Below are positions 14,371-20,000 of a stretch of 20,000 bases of DNA, piece after piece. The notes under the pieces were generated by a model. That model searched no databases and had not been told where the DNA came from. It worked only from the letters and a program-made list of their open reading frames with translations. This DNA comes from an uncultured virus (IMG/VR IMGVR_UViG_3300022555_000054) (taxonomy: Duplodnaviria > Heunggongvirae > Uroviricota > Caudoviricetes), in IMG/VR virus record IMGVR_UViG_3300022555_000054. One strand, 5' to 3'. Numbering within the stretch: the first letter of the stretch is position 1; each line of letters begins with the position of its first letter. A program made the translations under genes and the position numbers.

Positions 14371-14631
14371 ATGCAAACGATCACCACCATCGACCAACTG
14401 GTCACCGCATTCGAAAGCCCCGCCATCCTCGGGCGCGCTCTCGGTGTTGGCGCCGACACAGTTTACGTATGGAAAATGCGTCGGTATGTGCCGCCGCGTC
14501 ACATCTTCGCCCTCTCCCGCCTTGCGCGCTCTCACGGCATCGAGTTGGACGACGCGTTGTTCGAGAAACCCGCTGGTAGCCATCCCCCGCCCTCCCCAAA
14601 AATGAGTGGTGAGCATACGAAAGTGGCGTGA
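14371..14631 (+). CDS. cro: Cro-like HTH regulator (carph-isopro/YdaS-like)
   Basis: TIDQLVTAFESPAILGRALGVGADTVYVWKMRRYVPP pattern. Confidence 0.8.
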   Translation: MQTITTIDQLVTAFESPAILGRALGVGADTVYVWKMRRYVPPRHIFALSRLARSHGIELDDALFEKPAGSHPPPSPKMSGEHTKVA

Positions 14632-14677
14632 TCATAACAAGAACAAATTGACGTTGAGTCATTCGTAAGGTTAACAT
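14630..14677 (+). promoter_or_regulatory. Candidate alphaproteobacterial LexA box followed by a promoter
   Basis: GATC-ATAACAA-GAAC (14630-14644) versus the GAAC-N7-GAAC consensus; TTGACG (14648-14653)-N18-TAACAT. Confidence 0.45.
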
Positions 14678-14795
14678 CACACTACCCCCCCCCCTACACT
14701 TTGGGACAATAAGCACCTTAGCACACTACATCTGGTAATATCAACACAAACTGCACGGGTTTCTTGGATTAACACCTTTGAGCAGGGATTTGGCG

Positions 14796-15125
14796 ATGAC
14801 GATACTATTGGATATAGCTGAGTTGTTTTCCCCCACCGCCCGCCGCCTGCGCCGCCTCGAAGCGCGCGTCATTGGGCTGACGGCCGACGTCGACCACAAG
14901 GACGGGGTGATCGCCGAGCTGCGCGCCGACAACGCCGACCTGAACGAGCGGGTCGAGTGTCTAAGCAGCACCATGATTGGAATGCAACTGCTGGTGCGCG
15001 ATGCCGACGACGCCGTTGATGGGCTTACCAAGGACATCGAGTTCAAGGACCGGCGGCTTTCCGAGCTGCGGGCCGAACTGATGGCCGCCCGCGCCGCCCA
15101 CGCTCAGCAGCGGCAGGCCGCCTGA
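14796..15125 (+). CDS. Coiled-coil hypothetical protein
   Basis: AGGGA RBS; heptad pattern. Confidence 0.7.
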   Translation: MTILLDIAELFSPTARRLRRLEARVIGLTADVDHKDGVIAELRADNADLNERVECLSSTMIGMQLLVRDADDAVDGLTKDIEFKDRRLSELRAELMAARAAHAQQRQAA

Positions 15126-15301
15126 TGCGCCGCCTCATCCTCATCACCGCCTTCGTCGTCGGCCTGCCGCTGCTGGGACAGACGCTCGGCACGCTCACCG
15201 CCCAGGCTAACGCTATCGCCGAGGTGCAGGACGCCGACAGCCTGGAGCGGGACTACGTGCCGCCGGCCGACTGCGATGACGATGACAGTAGGGGGTGCTG
15301 A
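15125..15301 (+). CDS. Small signal-peptide/TM protein with acidic tail (MRRLILITAFVVGLPLLG...)
   Basis: Manual translation; TGATG overlaps at both ends. Confidence 0.6.
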   Translation: MRRLILITAFVVGLPLLGQTLGTLTAQANAIAEVQDADSLERDYVPPADCDDDDSRGC

Positions 15302-15675
15302 TGGCCGCCGCCGATTGCCTCAACCTGCCCGAATGCGTGCGCCGCGATCCGCTGGCCGCTTTTGCCTGTGGAGAGGTGTGGGGCCAGCTTTGCGACGAGA
15401 CACCGCCGGCCGGGGCGGACGCCAGCAATGGCGACAGTACCGGCCCTCGTGACGCCTCCTCCCTGGGGACGGGACACCATGCGGCGCCTGATGAACTGCT
15501 GCCGTCACGTGATGCAACACTAGCAAATCAGGCGGTCCCACCCCATTCCCCGCGCCACGGCTGGCACGACTGCCCGTCACTCTTCCCGGCTTGCGGCGTC
15601 TCCCGCGAGGATGCGATGACGCCGAGGCAAAAGGCCGAATGCCGCGAATGCCACCAAGGAGTCGGACATGACTAA
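15301..15675 (+). CDS. Hypothetical Cys-containing protein
   Basis: Coupled start; no family recognised. Confidence 0.35.
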   Translation: MAAADCLNLPECVRRDPLAAFACGEVWGQLCDETPPAGADASNGDSTGPRDASSLGTGHHAAPDELLPSRDATLANQAVPPHSPRHGWHDCPSLFPACGVSREDAMTPRQKAECRECHQGVGHD

Positions 15676-15829
15676 GCCCCCGAGCGCATGGCGCGGCCAC
15701 GCCTCCCGCGACGATCTCCACGAAGACCCGCCTATGACACTCCGAGAGCAGGCCATCGCCTGCGCAACGATGGCCGCCGTGGTGGTCACCATCCTGACGT
15801 TCGCGGTGATCGGGGTGTTGAGCCGATGA
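15668..15829 (+). CDS. Small protein with C-terminal TM helix (MTKPPSAWRGH...AAVVVTILTFAVIGVLSR)
   Basis: Manual translation; AGGAG RBS; ATGA overlap downstream. Confidence 0.6.
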   Translation: MTKPPSAWRGHASRDDLHEDPPMTLREQAIACATMAAVVVTILTFAVIGVLSR

Positions 15830-16038
15830 GCCTACTCACCCCAGACGAGAGCGCCCTCATCGCCAAGGTGGCTGAGCACCTGCGCAGCGGCAAAACCGTC
15901 CGCGTGCCGGAGGATCGCATCAGCCCCTTGGCCGGCGGCCTGATCGAGCGCGGGTTGATCTCCGTCCAGCCGGGCGGCGCTGTTGTTTTGACCATGCGCG
16001 GCTGCAAGACGGCGGCGCAGATGTTTCGGGGGGGGTGA
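15826..16038 (+). CDS. Small winged-helix-like protein
   Basis: LIERGLI...VVLTMRG wing motif. Confidence 0.55.
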   Translation: MSLLTPDESALIAKVAEHLRSGKTVRVPEDRISPLAGGLIERGLISVQPGGAVVLTMRGCKTAAQMFRGG

Positions 16039-16042
16039 TGGG

Positions 16043-16219
16043 ATGACCGAACAAGAATCCTTCGATTGCGGCGCCTATGCCGCCCACGCCTGGATGACGG
16101 CCATTCCTGGAAGTGACGTGGAATCAAAGTCCGCGTGGATGCGCGGATGGAAGGCGTACTTCGAAATGACCGACGATCAAAAGGCCGCGATGCTGGCTCG
16201 CAAGGGGATTGCGCGATGA
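16043..16219 (+). CDS. Small hypothetical protein with WMRGW motif
   Basis: Manual translation MTEQESFDCGAYAAH...SAWMRGWK; ATGA overlap downstream. Confidence 0.55.
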   Translation: MTEQESFDCGAYAAHAWMTAIPGSDVESKSAWMRGWKAYFEMTDDQKAAMLARKGIAR

Positions 16220-16455
16220 TCCACACCGCCGCGATCCGCTCCATTACCGACTGGACCAAGCTGCGCCGATCGCTCGCCGAAAAGCGGACTGCGCTGGGGC
16301 TCACGCGGGTCGAAGTCGGCGACCAGTGCGGGGTGAGTAAACAGGCTGTTGCCAACTGGGAAGCCGGAAAGCGGATGCCGATTGCGGCCAACCTGTTCAT
16401 GTGGGCGGCGGCGCTCGGGGTGCGGCTGGTGGATGTTGCGGAGGACCGGGTATGA
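16216..16455 (+). CDS. XRE-family HTH regulator
   Basis: KRTALGLTRVEVGDQCGVSKQAVANWEAGKRMP. Confidence 0.85.
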   Translation: MIHTAAIRSITDWTKLRRSLAEKRTALGLTRVEVGDQCGVSKQAVANWEAGKRMPIAANLFMWAAALGVRLVDVAEDRV

Positions 16456-16808
16456 ACCGCGAGGATCGCCTCCAAGTCTCCGTCATGCAATGGCTCAAGC
16501 TGGCGTTGCCGGCCGATGCCATCGCCTTCCACCCGGCGAACGGTGGATCACGCAACCCTATCGAGGGCGCGAAGCTCAAAGCCATGGGCGTGGTAGCTGG
16601 CGCGCCGGACATCGTGATCTTCTGGAATGAGCGGGCTTTCTGCATCGAACTGAAGACCGCGACTGGCCGGCAGCGTCCGAACCAGAAGGAGTTCGAGCAG
16701 CGGGCCAGGAATGCCGGCGCGTTCTACCAGCTCTGCCGCAGCATGGATGAAGTCGAAGGTGCGCTTTTGGGGTGGGGATTTGCCCTGCGCGGGAGAATCG
16801 CAGCATGA
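16452..16808 (+). CDS. VRR-NUC domain nuclease (putative Holliday junction resolvase)
   Basis: HPANGG, GVVAGAPD, IELKT, QKEF motifs. Confidence 0.9.
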   Translation: MNREDRLQVSVMQWLKLALPADAIAFHPANGGSRNPIEGAKLKAMGVVAGAPDIVIFWNERAFCIELKTATGRQRPNQKEFEQRARNAGAFYQLCRSMDEVEGALLGWGFALRGRIAA

Positions 16809-16996
16809 GCACGCGCATCGGAGAAACCTGGATCATCGAGCACCGCTTCAACGGCAACCGCCGCGTCGGCGAGTTCGCTCGCATCGACGGCGCGACGCAG
16901 CCGGGCTGGCTCTATGTCGGCCATGACGGCTGGCTGCTGGCTGACCAATGGAAGCCGGTGCGGCGGGTCGATTTGGAAGACGGGGTGGCAGCATGA
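16805..16996 (+). CDS. Small hypothetical protein
   Basis: ATGA-coupled ORF, GGAG RBS. Confidence 0.55.
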   Translation: MSTRIGETWIIEHRFNGNRRVGEFARIDGATQPGWLYVGHDGWLLADQWKPVRRVDLEDGVAA

Positions 16997-17169
16997 GCTA
17001 CGTCGCAGAGGTTCCCGTCGTCCACCGGATCAGGCCCGGCATCCCGTCCACGCGCTACGGCTATGGCGACACCGCTGCCGAGGCCATCTCCGATCTTGCT
17101 GCCGAGTTGGCGGCGCACCACGAGCAGGCTGTCGGGAAGATGGCGGTCAAGCAGGAGCGTCGGCCATGA
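16993..17169 (+). CDS. Small hypothetical protein
   Basis: ATGA-coupled ORF. Confidence 0.55.
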   Translation: MSYVAEVPVVHRIRPGIPSTRYGYGDTAAEAISDLAAELAAHHEQAVGKMAVKQERRP

Positions 17170-17393
17170 GCCGCGCCGTAAACCGCACCGGCTCCAGGGC
17201 CGTCGTCAACACCGCCGAGGATCGCCGGTTTCATGGGACGGAGAAGTGCGGGGTTTGCGCTCGTCCGCTCGAAGGCTGCGCATTCGGGACCGACGCCACT
17301 TACGACCTGACTTTCGAATGGGGGCACTTCGAGTGCCTGAACGACGCGCATCGGCGGATTGCTGCTGGTGCTGGACGGATGGAGGCTGCGTGA
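17166..17393 (+). CDS. Small Zn-finger protein (CxxC...HxxC)
   Basis: CGVC...HFEC; AGGAG RBS. Confidence 0.6.
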   Translation: MSRAVNRTGSRAVVNTAEDRRFHGTEKCGVCARPLEGCAFGTDATYDLTFEWGHFECLNDAHRRIAAGAGRMEAA

Positions 17394-17569
17394 TGATGAC
17401 GCCGAGCAGACCAAAACAACCGACCGCCAAGGACCGCCTCAAGGGCGTGTTGGCTGACCTGGAGATGGCGCGCCACGACCGGAATGTGCCGGGAGATGAG
17501 GTTGGAGCGATTGCCGAGAACCTGAAGATGGCGCTCCGCGAGATGGGGGTTTTGGAACCCAATGCCTGA
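17393..17569 (+). CDS. Small helical hypothetical protein
   Basis: GGAGG RBS; overlaps the dnaB start. Confidence 0.55.
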   Translation: MMTPSRPKQPTAKDRLKGVLADLEMARHDRNVPGDEVGAIAENLKMALREMGVLEPNA

Positions 17570-18989
17570 CGCAATCGACATCTACGCCGAGACGCCGGTC
17601 TACCACGAGCCGCACAGCGAAGAGGCTGAGCAAGCCCTGCTGGGGGCGATCTTGGTCGACAACCGGGCGTACACGCTGGTTTCCGATATCCTGCGTCCCG
17701 AGCACTTCTATAGCCCCGTGCATGGCCGGATTTTTTCCGCCGTCTCCACCTTCGTCGAGCGCGGCCAGTCCGCATCCCCGGTGACGCTGCGGCCATACTT
17801 CGACCGCGATGACAGCCTTAAGGATGTGGGCGGTCCTGCATACCTCGGCGATTTGGCCGCGAGCGTCATCGGCATATCGACCGCCCCGGACTACGCCCAC
17901 GCCATCCGCGACCTTTTCATGCGCCGGACCCTGATCGCGATGGCGAAGGCGGTGATCGAGAATGCGGCGGCACCCACCATCGAAATGTCGGCCTACGACA
18001 TCATGGATAGCATCGAGCGCGATGTGTCGGGGCTTTCCGACGACGCGCCTCGGGCTAAGACGGTGATCTCGCTCAAGACGGCGACAGCGACGGCGATTGA
18101 GCAGATTGACGCGGCCCGGCGTCGCGGTGATGGGCTGACCGGCGTCACCACTGGCTTGAAGGATTTGGACTGGCGCACCGGTGGCTTGGTCAAGGGCGAG
18201 TTGACGGTCATTGCCGCCCGCCCTGGAATGGGAAAGTCTGACCTAGCCTTCAATATCGGCGTCAACTCCGCCCGCGCCGGGTTCGGAGTTCTGGTGTTCA
18301 GCCAGGAGATGACGGCGCCGGCACTGGCGATGCGCCACCTTGCCCGCGACACCAGCATCCCGGCGAGTGAGCAGCGCCTCGGCCGCGTCGATGATGCAGG
18401 CTTTGTGGCGATCATGGGCGTCCAGTCGGACATCCCGATCCACATCGACGAGACCCCGGCCGTCACCGCCGAGCATATCGCCCGCGTCGTTCGCCGGCTT
18501 CGGCAGCGCAAGCGCAAGGTTGATCTGGTCATCGTCGACCACATCCAGCTCATGACGGCCACCGGCCTGACCCGGATCAACGAGACGGCACTCGTCACTG
18601 AGATCAGCGGCAAGCTCAAGGGGCTGTCAAAGAGCCTCGATGTGGCCGTGCTGGCGCTTTCCCAGCTAAACCGCTCCGTCGAGCAGCGGGACGACAAGCG
18701 TCCGATGCTGGCCGACCTGCGTTCATCCGGTTCCATCGAGCAGGATGCCGACGCGGTGTGGACGCTGTACCGAGATGAATATTACGCGATGAAGGAGGAG
18801 CCTCAGCGTAAACAGGACGAAAGCGACGAAAAGTTTAACTCCCGCTATGAAAACTGGGAGCGTCGTTGCTCTGACAACAAGAACATTGCCGAGATTAGCT
18901 GCCTGAAACTCCGGTGCGGAATGCCCGGAACTGTCACGGCATTCTATGATGCGGCGCGGTCAATGTTTGCCGATCTGGAGCGCACCTGA
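17562..18989 (+). CDS. dnaB: DnaB-like replicative helicase
   Basis: PHSEEAEQALLGAIL N-terminus, Walker A ARPGMGKS, VIVDHIQL, LSQLNR, DLRSSGSIEQDAD. Confidence 0.97.
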   Translation: MPDAIDIYAETPVYHEPHSEEAEQALLGAILVDNRAYTLVSDILRPEHFYSPVHGRIFSAVSTFVERGQSASPVTLRPYFDRDDSLKDVGGPAYLGDLAASVIGISTAPDYAHAIRDLFMRRTLIAMAKAVIENAAAPTIEMSAYDIMDSIERDVSGLSDDAPRAKTVISLKTATATAIEQIDAARRRGDGLTGVTTGLKDLDWRTGGLVKGELTVIAARPGMGKSDLAFNIGVNSARAGFGVLVFSQEMTAPALAMRHLARDTSIPASEQRLGRVDDAGFVAIMGVQSDIPIHIDETPAVTAEHIARVVRRLRQRKRKVDLVIVDHIQLMTATGLTRINETALVTEISGKLKGLSKSLDVAVLALSQLNRSVEQRDDKRPMLADLRSSGSIEQDADAVWTLYRDEYYAMKEEPQRKQDESDEKFNSRYENWERRCSDNKNIAEISCLKLRCGMPGTVTAFYDAARSMFADLERT

Positions 18990-19056
18990 TGCTGAACAGC
19001 ATATTGACATCGGAGCAAGCGCGCGCTACATTCTGCTTACAGATGACGGGGGCAGC

Positions 19057-19443
19057 ATGAGCGACAACGATATAAAAAAGACGGTCCAGGTAAACTTGAG
19101 GGTTCAGGATGGGCACGTCGAAATAGTTAAGGAAGTTGTCTCCCGCCTAAAAAAGGACGGGAGGTTCTTTGACGAACTTAATTTCATAATGGGCTCACCG
19201 ATTGGAGACCAAAGGTCAAGACTTGATGCTTTAGTTTCAAAAGTTGATAGCCAAGAAGGCATCATAAAGCACATGGCTGGCTTTCTCTGGATTGTTGCGG
19301 TAGCGTTCAACGAACTAAGAGACATTAACGAAGTTAACGACCCGCACGATGCCATTGAATCCATAGGTGACATATTTGGAAACAAGCCATATGAATATAT
19401 GAACGAGTTTGTCGACAAATTTCACTCATATAAGAAGTGGTGA
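19057..19443 (+). CDS. AT-rich hypothetical protein inserted in the replication module
   Basis: 128-aa ORF with visibly AT-richer codons than dnaB. Confidence 0.6.
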   Translation: MSDNDIKKTVQVNLRVQDGHVEIVKEVVSRLKKDGRFFDELNFIMGSPIGDQRSRLDALVSKVDSQEGIIKHMAGFLWIVAVAFNELRDINEVNDPHDAIESIGDIFGNKPYEYMNEFVDKFHSYKKW

Positions 19444-19446
19444 GAA

Positions 19447-20000
19447 ATGTCAGACAGAGACAAGCCTTGGTCAAAATTCTACTGGGCTGATTGGGAGTCC
19501 GATAATGGACTCCGCCAATGCTCACTGGCCGCTCAGGGCCTGTGGATGAGGATGCTTTGTATCTGCGCGCGAAGCGAAAGCCGCGGCTATCTCACCATTG
19601 CAGATGTGGACCTGGATGTTGCGACTCTCGCCACTACAGTGTCGAAGTCTGAAACAGAGGTCTCCTGCCTGCTGGAGGAGCTAGAGCGTTGGCGCGTTTT
19701 TTCTCGGGATCGCAAAGGGCGGATATTCTCCAGGAGAATGATCAGGGACGACAAAAGATCAAAAGAGGGGGCAAAATTCAAAAAAGAGGCACTTTCGAAA
19801 AGTCACCAAGCTGTTGATGCTAAAGAACAAAATTCCATACCTTCAAGGGGTGCTATAAGGGGGGCTTCTCCCCAGAAGCCAGAAGCCAGAAGCCAGATAA
19901 CCCCCAAAGCCCCCTCGGCTGGAGGCGATGAAGGCGACGGCGCGAAGGCGATCTGTAAAAAGTTCCTCGAAGAGCGTTCCCGGCTGTGGCCCGACGAAAG
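19447..20000 (+). CDS. Phage replication initiator (wHTH-type), 3'-partial
   Basis: Manual translation MSDRDKPWSKFYWADWESDNGLRQCSLAAQGLWMRMLCIC...GRIFSRRMIRD, typical of alphaproteobacterial phage initiators; PEARSQ-type linker. Confidence 0.8.
   Translation, partial: MSDRDKPWSKFYWADWESDNGLRQCSLAAQGLWMRMLCICARSESRGYLTIADVDLDVATLATTVSKSETEVSCLLEELERWRVFSRDRKGRIFSRRMIRDDKRSKEGAKFKKEALSKSHQAVDAKEQNSIPSRGAIRGASPQKPEARSQITPKAPSAGGDEGDGAKAICKKFLEERSRLWPDE
19872..19899 (+). repeat. CCAGAAG x3 + CCAGATA heptamer array within the initiator gene
   Basis: Direct reading. Confidence 0.85.

Larger units (their letters stand above)
1..20000. mobile_element. Temperate phage genome segment (integration, recombination, immunity and replication modules), probably alphaproteobacterial host
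   Basis: int/xis next to a tRNA-Gly att core, recT/recE, divergent cI/cro, VRR-NUC, DnaB, replication initiator, many small translationally coupled ORFs; no host housekeeping genes. Confidence 0.95.

Noticed and set aside
14284..14616. 210-aa long form of CI
   Set aside because: The extension runs antisense through cro and the operator/promoter region
14665..14775. CtrA boxes
   Set aside because: Only TTAAC half-sites are present; no TTAA-N7-TTAA

Overview
The whole window reads as about 20 kb of a lambdoid-style temperate phage of an Alphaproteobacterium, apparently in the excised/virion configuration: an intact attP (3' 50 bp of tRNA-Gly(GCC) with arm-type repeats on both sides) has phage-like genes on either side. 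Left to right: (1) small accessory genes, a candidate structured ncRNA and a ribbon-helix-helix mini-switch; (2) attP, integrase and xis; (3) the leftward early operon (RecT, RecE-like exonuclease, a Zn-finger/clamp-like protein, a highly structured ~370-nt intergenic RNA, a pentapeptide-repeat protein and an LPX-type LRR protein as first gene) driven by a PL-like promoter; (4) an inserted rightward operon ending in a ParB/Srx-HTH-coiled-coil protein; (5) a two-gene cassette in the rexAB position bracketed by identical 25-bp repeats; (6) a peptidase-less CI, Cro and shared operator motifs; (7) the rightward early/replication operon (XRE HTH, VRR-NUC, DnaB, replication initiator). The best candidates for undescribed biology are the two structured RNA regions (748-1024 and 8380-8740), the repeat-bracketed cassette behind cI, the LRR gene and the ParB-like operon. 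All protein family calls come from recalled motifs, not database searches, and all RNA structures were paired by eye.
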